Below, in pieces: positions 8,661 through 17,891 of a stretch of 64,000 bases of DNA (position 1 is its first letter; each line of letters opens with the position of its first letter). The notes under the pieces are model-generated. The model made no database searches. It was not told the origin of the DNA and saw only the letters and a program-made list of their open reading frames with translations. The position numbers and the translations under genes are program-made. The stretch lies in IMG/VR virus record IMGVR_UViG_3300013744_000001, positions 1 to 64,000 of that record. The stretch is one strand, 5' to 3'. Origin of the DNA: a virus.

Positions 8661-9194
8661 ATGAACGATGTGACAAAGAATGCAGAGATAGTACACGTAA
8701 CTGATAATATTTCACAGCACATACACGCAAAGGATCTGATATCGTACTTTTACGATTGGTTGCCAATGGCACGGAGGGACAGAAGGGAGGACATCAGGAA
8801 TTTGGCAGTCGACTACTATCTGACCATTACAGATGACAAAGGTCTGCCGATTATCGAATTGGATTCTGTGAACAAGAGTGTAAATTTGCGTCGTGAGTTC
8901 CTTGATCCGTTAATAGATAATCTGCAAAAAACCAACGATATACATCAGTCGACCGAACGTAAACTGAACAGTGTGACGAGTGAGCTCAAAAAACTCATTC
9001 AAAGAATTATTCGGACCAAAGATGCCGATAATCCAAACGATACCATCGAAGATTGTCTGAACCAGATTTCGAATCTGCAGAATAACTATGCAGATACCAG
9101 ACAAGAAATGATGGATCAGTTCTCTCAGGTATACAAGGAGATACTTCGAGATGTAGCGAGATATTGTCTTAAAGCAAAGACGAAAAACATTTGA
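8661..9194 (+). CDS. hypothetical protein
   Basis: ATG at 8661 follows cAGGAGGaacaaaca. In-frame upstream codons lack an RBS. Confidence 0.5.
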   Translation: MNDVTKNAEIVHVTDNISQHIHAKDLISYFYDWLPMARRDRREDIRNLAVDYYLTITDDKGLPIIELDSVNKSVNLRREFLDPLIDNLQKTNDIHQSTERKLNSVTSELKKLIQRIIRTKDADNPNDTIEDCLNQISNLQNNYADTRQEMMDQFSQVYKEILRDVARYCLKAKTKNI

Positions 9195-9225
9195 CCATAA
9201 ATCATATCAACAGGAGGAAGGAACG

Positions 9226-9474
9226 ATGGCACAGGCATTACCGAAGAAGATCGCGAAGGTCTCCAGTCTGAAGGCAGTTGACAAGGACGCGGCACAGGTC
9301 GAGCAGCTAAAGGATCTGTGGGAAAAGCTTGGCGACATGTGCGAGGATGCGTTGGACGAAGAGAACTGGGCCAGGCTTGTCAGAACAGGGGTCGAAAGGG
9401 ATAAAATTATTCAGGAAATGGTTGACCTCGAAAATCGGATCGCATCGGGAGCGTTGGATAAACTACTTGGGTGA
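9226..9474 (+). CDS. hypothetical small protein
   Basis: RBS cAGGAGGaaggaacg. 82-aa ORF. Confidence 0.5.
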   Translation: MAQALPKKIAKVSSLKAVDKDAAQVEQLKDLWEKLGDMCEDALDEENWARLVRTGVERDKIIQEMVDLENRIASGALDKLLG

Positions 9475-9510
9475 TCTGCGCCCATAGGTTGTCACTTGAA
9501 TTTTTACCTT

Positions 9511-9559
9511 GAACGAAAGAGGAAGGCAGAGTAATATGGGGTCTCATCCTCTTTCGTTC
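9511..9559 (+). terminator. hairpin terminator after the early gene cluster
   Basis: 13-bp perfect stem gaacgaaagagga / tcctctttcgttc around a 23-nt loop, between the 9474 stop and the primase gene. Confidence 0.5.
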
Positions 9560-9578
9560 AACCTCCGGCGGATGCGAT

Positions 9579-12095
9579 ATGGATAACGAAGAGCTTCAAA
9601 TACGCAGGTACAGAACGGCTTGTGTGTATACAAGTCGGGGCTACAAGGTCGTTCCTGTAGACACAAACGGTGTGCCCTGCTTCTCGGGTTTCTATTCGGA
9701 GCACGTCAGATATACGGCCATCGACATTGCGGCCTGGCAATGGCTGTACCCCACAGCCAGCAACGCTCTGGTCTGCGGCGATCCCAAATCGAAGATCGTG
9801 GCCCTTGACATCGATGTCGATGATTACTTCGCAGTCAAGGAGCTTCTGGATTTCATCTTGGACATGTGCCCCGAGGGCAAACATCCGCTGATACGCAAGC
9901 GCAACTTCTCGATGCGCGCAGCCGTCGTGTTCAAGGCCAAGGACGATCTGTTCAACCGGGTATCGAGGGCCAGGTCGGCTACATACGTTAACCCCAATGG
10001 TGACAAGCAGGTCATCGAGTATCTGGGTTGGAAGAGCCTGCTTACCATGGACGGTGTTAGCAGAAAGAACAAGCTCTCGTGGTACTCCGGTCTTGGTCTC
10101 TGGCACAAGGACAAGGGTGCTCAACTGGACGACAAGATCCGTATGCCGGGCATTCTTGAGCTTGGCTACGACGATCTTATGAAAATATTCGACGCTTACG
10201 AAGCGTCGATGAATCTGACCAAACTGTTTACGAAAGTATCGAACCGAAGGATGGCGCCTTCGAGGTATCAGCCAAAGGAAACAATCACTTCCTCTACAGC
10301 AATATCCACAACAGAAACAATACCCAAAGCACCACTCAAAATTGAAAAAGTTTTTACGGAAGAAAGCAAATCAAAGACAAATTCTGTTCCTCTAAGCGAT
10401 GAGGAAATCGATTTCATTCTGAACAATACCGATGGTAACGACAGAGAGAATTGGTTGAACGTTGGCATCGCACTTTGGAACCATTACAAAGGATCGCTTG
10501 AAGGGTTTGAACGTTGGGACACCTGGTCGCAGCGGTTCAGAGGAAGAAAGAGTGACCAGGATCAGCGGTATCATTGGTCGACCATGGGCAGCTATCCGCA
10601 CATGACGTTGAACGTTCTGAGCTCCCGTATCAACAGAGAGAAGGCACTGACAACAGCCTTCATGAAGGAACCGGATACGTTCTTCGATGCCTTCAGGGCC
10701 AGCGTCAACAACAAAGGCAGTGATGCGCCGGGTTCGGCAGTCCAGAAGAGCGAAGAGGAGTACAAGTGGATGCTGGATAACTTTGTACTCATTGCTCAGG
10801 GCGGGCTGGTAGGCGATATGACCAAGTCCGCTGCGGATTCGACCAGAACCATTGCCCAGATGCGGGATTTTTACAGGAACAAGAAGTATGTGGTCGAAGT
10901 CGTCGGCCCCAATGGACAGAAACAGAAGAAAAAGTTCTCCGCATATGATCGCTGGCTCGAAGATCCCAACCATCTGGAAGCCTGGTGCACAGCCTATGTG
11001 CCCAATGGTCGAAGACTGATTCTTGGTGGCACATTCTCAGGACAGCCGGAGAATTTTTACAATACCTATTGTCCACCGATGCGACGTTGTTTGCAGCCAA
11101 TCAAGGATCCGTATAAGGCAACGCCCAATATCAAGCGTTTTCTGGATCACATGGCCTATCTCTTTCCAAATGACCGGGGTGAGTGGATGCTCAACTGGAT
11201 GGCTCAGATGATTCAGGAACCGGAGGTCAGATACAGAGTCTCACCGTTCTCCATTTCTCTCTTCGAAGGCACAGGGCGTGGCTGGTTGACCGATGTGCTG
11301 GCAAGACTGGTGGGACACAGCAACTTTGCAACGGTGCGGGATGTCATGGACATCGTACGACCGGGAGCCAAATCAGGGTATCTGGACGGCACGGTTCTTC
11401 TGGTAGTCAACGAGGTTTACGTCTCGGGCAACGATAGATTTTCTCTGCTCTCCCAGCTCAAGACCATTCTTTCGGATGACACGCAGGAAATTGACGTCAA
11501 GTACGGCATACATACACATAACCAAAGGATCTATACCAGAGTATTCTTTCAGAGCAACCATCTGGATGGCCTGGTCATCGACGAAACGGACTCTCGCATT
11601 CAGCCCTTTGTCAACAGAGCCGAGCCCAAGTCCAAGGCATACTATGATTCGTTGTACAGCCTGTCGGAGCATGAAGAATTTTTGGACGAGATTTACACAT
11701 ACTTGATAAAGCGCAAGGTCGACATATCCTTGCTCAAACATTCAAGCGATACCGAGGACAGGAAGGCTGTCATTAAAAGTTCCAAGTCGCCTACGGCCTT
11801 GGCCTTCTTCGAGTTTAAAAACCTTGTGGGTGTGAGCGGTGTCTTTACGGAATCGATTGTAAACGACTTCGTCTATGAACACGTGAAAGTATTCTCGCCG
11901 GACGATGCCATGGTAAACAGCAGAGAATTTCGGTTCCTCAAGAATTCACTTAACAAGTTGCAGCGACGAGTACCTGGGCTAGCATCAGCGCCCAGAAGTT
12001 TCGGCTTCTTCGAGAACAAAACAGACAGTGAGATAAAACAGAGTATCAGAAAGACGGAAGTGGCAATTCACAATTACTTTACACGGAGGAGATGA
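9579..12095 (+). CDS. DNA primase-polymerase (AEP family) with PriCT-like domain and C-terminal D5-like region
   Basis: AEP motif I LDIDVDD (DxD), motif II YSGLGLWH (sGxGxH), then a PriCT-like segment NWLNVGIALWNHYKG. No convincing Walker A was found in the C-terminal part. Confidence 0.6.
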   Translation: MDNEELQIRRYRTACVYTSRGYKVVPVDTNGVPCFSGFYSEHVRYTAIDIAAWQWLYPTASNALVCGDPKSKIVALDIDVDDYFAVKELLDFILDMCPEGKHPLIRKRNFSMRAAVVFKAKDDLFNRVSRARSATYVNPNGDKQVIEYLGWKSLLTMDGVSRKNKLSWYSGLGLWHKDKGAQLDDKIRMPGILELGYDDLMKIFDAYEASMNLTKLFTKVSNRRMAPSRYQPKETITSSTAISTTETIPKAPLKIEKVFTEESKSKTNSVPLSDEEIDFILNNTDGNDRENWLNVGIALWNHYKGSLEGFERWDTWSQRFRGRKSDQDQRYHWSTMGSYPHMTLNVLSSRINREKALTTAFMKEPDTFFDAFRASVNNKGSDAPGSAVQKSEEEYKWMLDNFVLIAQGGLVGDMTKSAADSTRTIAQMRDFYRNKKYVVEVVGPNGQKQKKKFSAYDRWLEDPNHLEAWCTAYVPNGRRLILGGTFSGQPENFYNTYCPPMRRCLQPIKDPYKATPNIKRFLDHMAYLFPNDRGEWMLNWMAQMIQEPEVRYRVSPFSISLFEGTGRGWLTDVLARLVGHSNFATVRDVMDIVRPGAKSGYLDGTVLLVVNEVYVSGNDRFSLLSQLKTILSDDTQEIDVKYGIHTHNQRIYTRVFFQSNHLDGLVIDETDSRIQPFVNRAEPKSKAYYDSLYSLSEHEEFLDEIYTYLIKRKVDISLLKHSSDTEDRKAVIKSSKSPTALAFFEFKNLVGVSGVFTESIVNDFVYEHVKVFSPDDAMVNSREFRFLKNSLNKLQRRVPGLASAPRSFGFFENKTDSEIKQSIRKTEVAIHNYFTRRR

Positions 12096-12096
12096 C

Positions 12097-12798
12097 ATGG
12101 ATGCACCCAGCAACGAAATGTACACAGGCAAGGCGATACGATTTCTGGCCCGACTGGCCGGAGGGACAAGACCTCTGGTCGACATTATGAATGTACCGGA
12201 CGACGTTGTCTCTTATCCGACAGTGCAGCGAGCGTCGCTCACAGCCAAAGGCTTTACTAAAGAGAAGCAGTGGCAGAGACTCTTCGATGAGTTGCATTCT
12301 CCCAGCAGTGAACGGGCAAAGGAACTTGTCGAAGACATTCGGTCCTTCGTTTTGGTCATCCGGGACCTGGTTGACGCAGGTATCCTGAAGATCGCCAGCG
12401 AAATGGCCGCCCTCGATGCATTGTGTGAGTCGCAGGAAGAAGCACAAATCGAAGAGACACAAGAAGAGACGCGGGAGGAAGCACAGGCACAGCCAGAAGA
12501 AGATGACGATGACGATGACGATCTGTTCAACTTCATCTCTGTCCCGGAGATCAGAACCATATACGCCAAGCAACAGCACGAAGAGAACGTAGCCGAGCAG
12601 ATGCAACAAGAGCCAGAGCCGGAGAAGAAGCCGGAGGAAAAGAAGGCCGAGAAGAAATCGTTTCTGGAAACGTTTATAAACGGCGGAGAAGAGAAGAAGG
12701 AGCCGGAGATTCAACACGACAAGTCGATAACCGATCCTTTCGAATCCGACCTTGACCGTTTCCCCGATGTCTTTGACAGCGGCGAACACAAGTTTTGA
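12097..12798 (+). CDS. highly acidic hypothetical protein
   Basis: RBS cGGAGGAgatgac. Runs of E/D (EEDDDDDDD, EETQEETREE) and a KK/EE-rich tail. Confidence 0.5.
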   Translation: MDAPSNEMYTGKAIRFLARLAGGTRPLVDIMNVPDDVVSYPTVQRASLTAKGFTKEKQWQRLFDELHSPSSERAKELVEDIRSFVLVIRDLVDAGILKIASEMAALDALCESQEEAQIEETQEETREEAQAQPEEDDDDDDDLFNFISVPEIRTIYAKQQHEENVAEQMQQEPEPEKKPEEKKAEKKSFLETFINGGEEKKEPEIQHDKSITDPFESDLDRFPDVFDSGEHKF

Positions 12799-12814
12799 CA
12801 AACGGGGCACAGCC

Positions 12815-13195
12815 ATGATAACCATGACCGTCAGGGAGTTGGCCGAATACTGCGGGGTCTCGAAGACGGCAGCCAGAAACAGGCTTATGCGCTACGAGTT
12901 GGGTCAGCTGACTGAAGAGCAGGTGTTGACAAAAGGCAAGATGAAAACTCGCAGCAGAGAGTCACACGGGAGAAAGCCGCAGAGAAAGACAGATGGTCAG
13001 GGCACAGCCGAATGGCGAAGATTGAAGAACGAGCCACGAGGCGCAGACAAAAGCGAGAAGGCATTTGATAAATCGCTCAGCGATGAAAAGATACAGCAAC
13101 TCTGGCGCGACGATAAGAAATGGGCAAAGTCGCATGGTGTAAGCTTTGAAGAATCAGCAAACAGGAGACAACATGAACAGGAAGGATTCGATTGA
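12815..13195 (+). CDS. small HTH DNA-binding protein
   Basis: MTVRELAEYCGVSKTAARNRLMRY resembles a helix-turn-helix. The start codon is uncertain (the ORF is open from 12752). Confidence 0.35.
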   Translation: MITMTVRELAEYCGVSKTAARNRLMRYELGQLTEEQVLTKGKMKTRSRESHGRKPQRKTDGQGTAEWRRLKNEPRGADKSEKAFDKSLSDEKIQQLWRDDKKWAKSHGVSFEESANRRQHEQEGFD

Positions 13196-15110
13196 CAGCA
13201 GTATCGTACATTTGCAGGCTATTGTCAGCATCATCGACTTCGATGACAGGAGTCAGACGACGGAGCTTTTACGACAGGCCGCTTTAAGCAAGCTGACCGA
13301 GGTACAGAAACTGATAGCAGGTGATGACCATGAAACAGGACAGCGGCGAGTTGCAACCAAGAAATCTGATGATACAGCCGATCAAAGTTTTTCGTTTGTT
13401 GCGCCGGATACTTCGGAAGCTGAAGAGCCGGCACCCAAGGCAGAGCCCGAAGTAAAAACAGTAGAGCCACCCAAGGCAGAGCCCGAGCCGGCACCTGCAA
13501 TTATTGCTCAGGCCAAACAGGCCATCGAGAAAGCGACGAAGGCCGAGGCTGGGAGCGACGGCGGAAATCTTTGGGAGGAGTTGCAGGAGAGTAACAGACA
13601 GGCTGCGCCGGCACCAGAGCCGGAGCCTGCACTTGCACCCAAACGGCGCAGGAAACGGCGCACCAAAGCAGAGATCGAAGCTGAAGACGTTGCCACAATA
13701 CCAGTTGCTGACGAAGAGCTCAGAGAAAGACTGGAAGCTGAGACACAGGCTAAAGCAGAAGCAGAGGCGCAAGCTAAAGCGGAATCAGAGCCACAGACTG
13801 AGCCGCAGGCAGACACTGTATCTGTCAACAGTGACGATGCTGACTGGATTGCCATGTTGGAGGAGAACAAGGAGCCGGAGGCAACGACTGAAGATGGCAA
13901 TGAAATCGTCGATGCCGATGTCGAGCAGAAAGAGTACACCGCGAAACTGGCCAGGGCAAACGAGAGCAGCGTCAAAGCGGCTGATGCACGGGATGCGCTC
14001 AGGCAGAAGACCACAGATCAGGCACTTCAGATGCTCAATCAACGGCTGGAGGATCCGGAGATTGCCGAGCGATTTCGTAACAAGGGTACGGACGTCAAGG
14101 GAAGTGCCGGCTGGGAGTATCGTGGCTCTGTGCAGGAGGATAGCGGCCTCAGTGAGGAGGCGGAAGCGGTACGTGATGAGATTTTTGTCCGCCCCACTCT
14201 GGACACGGTGAGTGTGTCGGAGATTGTGGTCGAGGGTACCAGGCAACCAGCTTTCACACCGACTGTGCTCTATGCCGACAAGACAGGCAGGGTGACTGAC
14301 TTGGCTCCGCGCCCTGTGCTTGGGAAGAAGTATACGCTGACTACACCTCAAGGTGCACGGATCGCATCGCTTCTGGCCAAACGGACACCGCCCAGGTCAA
14401 AGCTAATGGCCAAGGCCGAGGCAATGTTCCTGCCCCTTATGACGAAGTTTATCATCGATCCCAAGGATGCGCTCTGGGAACCCTATGACCCCGAGCGTTA
14501 CAAATACCCTGAGAGCGAAAGAGACAAAGACAAGAAGGTTATACGTGTAACGTCGGAGACGATGCGTAACAAGTCGTACCTGGAAAACATTGCAAACATT
14601 ACTGACGACTTTATCAAGGCAAACGATGTAACAGCCATCGAGGTGGCCAGAAGCATTCCCAAACAGGGCAATCATCCTCTGTACAAGAGACCGTATTCCT
14701 TCCTCTCTTGTCTGTCGGGCACAGAGGCTGGGCCCTATGTTGCAGTGCTCAGGTCTTATACCAACTACATGGCTGATCCACTCTTCCTCTTCGATACACA
14801 GCGGATCACAGAGGCAAGGCACATCGGTATCTGGATGCCCACGGTTACCTGTGAGGAACATAACTTCGATCTCAGGGCCACAACGCTTGACGACTTCAAG
14901 GCAGAGTGTGGCGGGTGGCCTGCGCCCCACAAGTCTTCCGTGCTCTGGCGCATGTACCGTGACGGAACCATGGAAGAGTTTATTCAGTACTGCGATCCGA
15001 CGGGCGAATTGCTCTGCATGATGATGACGGTACACGTTTGCGAGCGCTTGTACGAAAATATGAAGGTTATGATCGAGCGCTCGAAACTTATGCGTGTACC
15101 ATTCATCTGA
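13173..15110 (+). CDS. hypothetical protein with low-complexity PEPA/AEAQAK N-terminal half
   Basis: ATG at 13173 follows cAGGAGAcaac. The N-terminal ~250 aa are A/E/P/K-rich repeats. The C-terminal ~350 aa are not recognisable. Confidence 0.5.
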   Translation: MNRKDSIDSSIVHLQAIVSIIDFDDRSQTTELLRQAALSKLTEVQKLIAGDDHETGQRRVATKKSDDTADQSFSFVAPDTSEAEEPAPKAEPEVKTVEPPKAEPEPAPAIIAQAKQAIEKATKAEAGSDGGNLWEELQESNRQAAPAPEPEPALAPKRRRKRRTKAEIEAEDVATIPVADEELRERLEAETQAKAEAEAQAKAESEPQTEPQADTVSVNSDDADWIAMLEENKEPEATTEDGNEIVDADVEQKEYTAKLARANESSVKAADARDALRQKTTDQALQMLNQRLEDPEIAERFRNKGTDVKGSAGWEYRGSVQEDSGLSEEAEAVRDEIFVRPTLDTVSVSEIVVEGTRQPAFTPTVLYADKTGRVTDLAPRPVLGKKYTLTTPQGARIASLLAKRTPPRSKLMAKAEAMFLPLMTKFIIDPKDALWEPYDPERYKYPESERDKDKKVIRVTSETMRNKSYLENIANITDDFIKANDVTAIEVARSIPKQGNHPLYKRPYSFLSCLSGTEAGPYVAVLRSYTNYMADPLFLFDTQRITEARHIGIWMPTVTCEEHNFDLRATTLDDFKAECGGWPAPHKSSVLWRMYRDGTMEEFIQYCDPTGELLCMMMTVHVCERLYENMKVMIERSKLMRVPFI

Positions 15111-15160
15111 GTTATTCATCTGAATAATTGGACAGGGATCAAACTTTGGAGGAGAAAGAC

Positions 15161-16396
15161 ATGTCACATTTGGAACAACTCTCAGACTGGTTGCAGGCGC
15201 ATCCGGTACCGAAACATGGTCACGCATATCTTTCTCCTTCCTCCTTCGCCAGATATTTGAAATGTCCGGTGAGTGCGAGGAGGGAGAGTGTAGTCGAACA
15301 ACGACGACTGTACCTGTGCGATTTTCTGGCCAACTCGCCGGACTACGACGTGACGGCGAAGAATCTCATGCAGGTGGAGACCGAAGCTGCGGATGATGGG
15401 AGCTTTTGTCACAGAATATTCGAGGATCTGACCAGAGATACTTCGCTTCTGGCAGAGAACAAAGACCCGATGGCCGAGACTCAGCGGCTCATTACCTTCT
15501 TCCTCAAGCGCTATGGTGCTACGGAGGCTTTGCAGGATGATCTCCAATTCAGGAGTGACTTCGCAAAGCAGATTCTCTGGGTCAAAGAGATTCTGAAGAA
15601 GGCTCTGTGGTTCAGAAACGAGGTACGTATCCCTCTGGTCGGCATGGGTGTCTGGGGTACAGCAGACCTGGTCTTTGAAACGGAGGATCGTATTCATATC
15701 TATGACCTCAAGACCGGTAGGCTTGAAGTAAGCGCAGAGAACAACGAACAATTTATGACCTATGCTGTGGGCATCATGGATGCCATTGACTGGGATGTAA
15801 AGGACATTGAATTCGGCGTAGTCGGTGTACGTTTTGAATCCAATACCTTCCTCATGAGCGCAGAGAAGCTGAAGGTATGGAAGGAGGATGTGCTCAGACC
15901 CGGTATTGCCGAGGCTCACAACCCCGGAGCTGCACCGCTGCCGGGCCTGCATTGTATGCACTGCACGGCCAAGCAGTTCTGCAAAGCCTGGTTCGACATG
16001 GCCAAAGAGACACTCGATAGAAACATGCAGGTTTTCGACAGTGACCATGGCTTTGCAGAGCGAGACAATACGGAGCTGATCGACGCCTACATCTGGGCAA
16101 AGCAGGTGGAGAAATTCACGAACGATATGAAGAACGAGATAGCCCTGCGCTTCGAAGGTCTCTCCGATATCGAGTCCGACGGTCGTGTCCGCTACGTCAG
16201 ACCGAAGCCTATCGCCAAGTACAAGGATGAGAAGGCTGCGGCAAAGTATCTGGAGGAAAACTTCCCCATTCAGGCGGAGGAGTTTGTGGTCAAAAAAGCT
16301 GTCAACCCGGCGCTTTTGAAGGAAGTAGTTGTTGACAAGGTGTACGATGATCTGGTAGAAGTGGAGTCACGGAAGCCGTACATCAAACTTGCATGA
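15161..16396 (+). CDS. PD-(D/E)XK nuclease, Cas4/RecB-like with C-terminal Cys cluster
   Basis: RBS tGGAGGAgaaagac. Motifs TADLVFE ... IYDLKTG (D..D/ExK) and a CMHC...C cluster typical of Fe-S Cas4-like exonucleases. Confidence 0.5.
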   Translation: MSHLEQLSDWLQAHPVPKHGHAYLSPSSFARYLKCPVSARRESVVEQRRLYLCDFLANSPDYDVTAKNLMQVETEAADDGSFCHRIFEDLTRDTSLLAENKDPMAETQRLITFFLKRYGATEALQDDLQFRSDFAKQILWVKEILKKALWFRNEVRIPLVGMGVWGTADLVFETEDRIHIYDLKTGRLEVSAENNEQFMTYAVGIMDAIDWDVKDIEFGVVGVRFESNTFLMSAEKLKVWKEDVLRPGIAEAHNPGAAPLPGLHCMHCTAKQFCKAWFDMAKETLDRNMQVFDSDHGFAERDNTELIDAYIWAKQVEKFTNDMKNEIALRFEGLSDIESDGRVRYVRPKPIAKYKDEKAAAKYLEENFPIQAEEFVVKKAVNPALLKEVVVDKVYDDLVEVESRKPYIKLA

Positions 16397-16713
16397 GGAC
16401 CAGCATGGATGCGAGGGAAATGCACCAGATGATCCGGGAAATTCGGGCCGATTTATACTCCGCAGCAGACGTGTTTAACATGCTTTCGCTTGACGGCTTT
16501 GATATCGAAAGCTCGGGCTTTGGTCAAAGTACTATCAGGACCAATACCAAGTTCTCTGCTATGGCCAGCCTGGCCAGAACTTTATTGCGAGACCTGGCCA
16601 AGGTGCGCAAAGAGTTCAACAAGGCTTCTCTGACAATAGCCAGAGAAGGCATCGAGCAACGGAGGAAGGAAAGAATTCAACGACAAGGAGGTAAACTGAC
16701 AACTGAGACCTGA
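16393..16713 (+). CDS. hypothetical protein
   Basis: Start overlaps the upstream stop (ATGA). 106-aa ORF. Confidence 0.45.
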   Translation: MRTSMDAREMHQMIREIRADLYSAADVFNMLSLDGFDIESSGFGQSTIRTNTKFSAMASLARTLLRDLAKVRKEFNKASLTIAREGIEQRRKERIQRQGGKLTTET

Positions 16714-16724
16714 GATTGTACCGA

Positions 16725-16770
16725 TTGAAATTGAAATTGTACCGATTGAAATTAAGACTGTATCAACTGA
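16725..16770 (+). repeat. ~21-bp tandem repeat (ttgtaccgattgaaattgaaa / ttgtaccgattgaaattaaga)
   Basis: Two adjacent near-identical copies immediately upstream of the SSB-like gene. Confidence 0.7.
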
Positions 16771-16781
16771 TGAGGATCGCT

Positions 16782-17486
16782 ATGAAGAAAGGAACTGTTA
16801 TTGTTTGTGACGCCGCTGCTGGTATTATTCAGCTCAACAACGTGCGCATGGTCTTTGCCCGTTTGTGGGTACCGAACGTGTATCAGGGCAAGACTACGGG
16901 TCGGCAGACGGCTGTGTTCTCTTTCACGCGCGAGGAGGCACAGGAGTTGAAGAAGGCGATGGACGTGGCACTAAATATCATGCGGAAGGTTGATCCCAAC
17001 GTACAGCGGGTCTCCGATGCCACGGACAATCGCTTTCCGGCATGGGAAGATAAGAAAACTCACGAAAAATCTATGCAGCTCAAAACTAGTAATTCTGAGG
17101 CTTATCCTGCGAATTATATTGATAATAAAGGTTTTATCGTACGCAATCCTTCGGAAGCATATGAGAAATATTTCTACGCAGGTTGCCGAGTGAACGCCAA
17201 GTTGCAGTTCACTGCCAGTCCCTCCAACAGGAGTAAGGGTAAGGTCGATCTGTGGTCGAACCTTATCGCCATTCAGTTCGCCGCTCACGATACTCCCATC
17301 GGTGGGATGAGTGACGAGGCAATTACTGATGGCTTCGGAGCTGTGGACGTGGAGCTGCCGGGCGGAACGCCGGTGCAGAACGAAACGAGGATTCAGGATG
17401 CCCCCGCTTCGGCAGCTCCACAATCCACGCAGAGCAATTCCGCTCAGGTTTCGGGCGACGATTTCTTCGCCGAGTTCGAGAGCTGA
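16782..17486 (+). CDS. putative ssDNA-binding protein with acidic aromatic C-terminal tail
   Basis: Sits within the recombination/replication module. The C-terminus ends SGDDFFAEFES, reminiscent of SSB/gp2.5 acidic tails. Assignment is tentative. Confidence 0.35.
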   Translation: MKKGTVIVCDAAAGIIQLNNVRMVFARLWVPNVYQGKTTGRQTAVFSFTREEAQELKKAMDVALNIMRKVDPNVQRVSDATDNRFPAWEDKKTHEKSMQLKTSNSEAYPANYIDNKGFIVRNPSEAYEKYFYAGCRVNAKLQFTASPSNRSKGKVDLWSNLIAIQFAAHDTPIGGMSDEAITDGFGAVDVELPGGTPVQNETRIQDAPASAAPQSTQSNSAQVSGDDFFAEFES

Positions 17487-17512
17487 GTCGAGCTGATTAA
17501 TCAACCATGACC

Positions 17513-17541
17513 ATGACCATGGTTCATCGAGCCATGGTCAT
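17513..17541 (+). terminator. hairpin after the SSB-like gene
   Basis: atgaccatgg / ccatggtcat 10-bp stem with a 9-nt loop. Confidence 0.35.
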
Positions 17542-17561
17542 TACATCCCGACGAGCGCCGT

Positions 17562-17891
17562 ATGGACAGACACGAATACAATGCATTCGTCGAAGGTCTG
17601 ACGGCGCTTTTTCAAAAGCACGGATTGGACGCCGACTGCTCCGACTTGATTCTTCAGGCGGGCGTCGGCGTCACCGAGTCTTACATGCATGACCTTGGCA
17701 TCGCAGTCGATCTGCACAACGACAGAGTTTATGTGAGTGTTCTGGACGATGGTGTAGGCGAGGACTACGCCAGAGAGAAGGTACAGCTCTTCGCCCGCAT
17801 GCTTAAGCGTCGTATCGACTGGATGCAGAACAGGATGCGGAAAAACGAAGCTACGGATTCAGGGAGCTGTGATGAAGGAAATAATTTATGA
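17562..17891 (+). CDS. hypothetical protein
   Basis: 109-aa ORF whose 3' end overlaps the polymerase start. Confidence 0.4.
   Translation: MDRHEYNAFVEGLTALFQKHGLDADCSDLILQAGVGVTESYMHDLGIAVDLHNDRVYVSVLDDGVGEDYAREKVQLFARMLKRRIDWMQNRMRKNEATDSGSCDEGNNL

Noticed and set aside
9558-10124. 188-aa minus-strand ORF overlapping the primase start
   Set aside because: Antisense to the primase gene, whose AEP catalytic motifs are clear.
9579-12095. Walker A / SF3 helicase call for the primase C-terminal half (EGTGRGW)
   Set aside because: The segment lacks the GxxxxGK(S/T) signature. Only the AEP primase and PriCT parts are supported.
12079-12825. 248-aa minus-strand Leu/Arg-rich ORF
   Set aside because: Antisense of the acidic-protein gene. 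The mirror low-complexity composition is typical of shadow ORFs.
14403-16048. Minus-strand ORFs of 274 and 288 aa
   Set aside because: Antisense to the 13173..15110 gene and to the nuclease gene with its D..ExK motifs.
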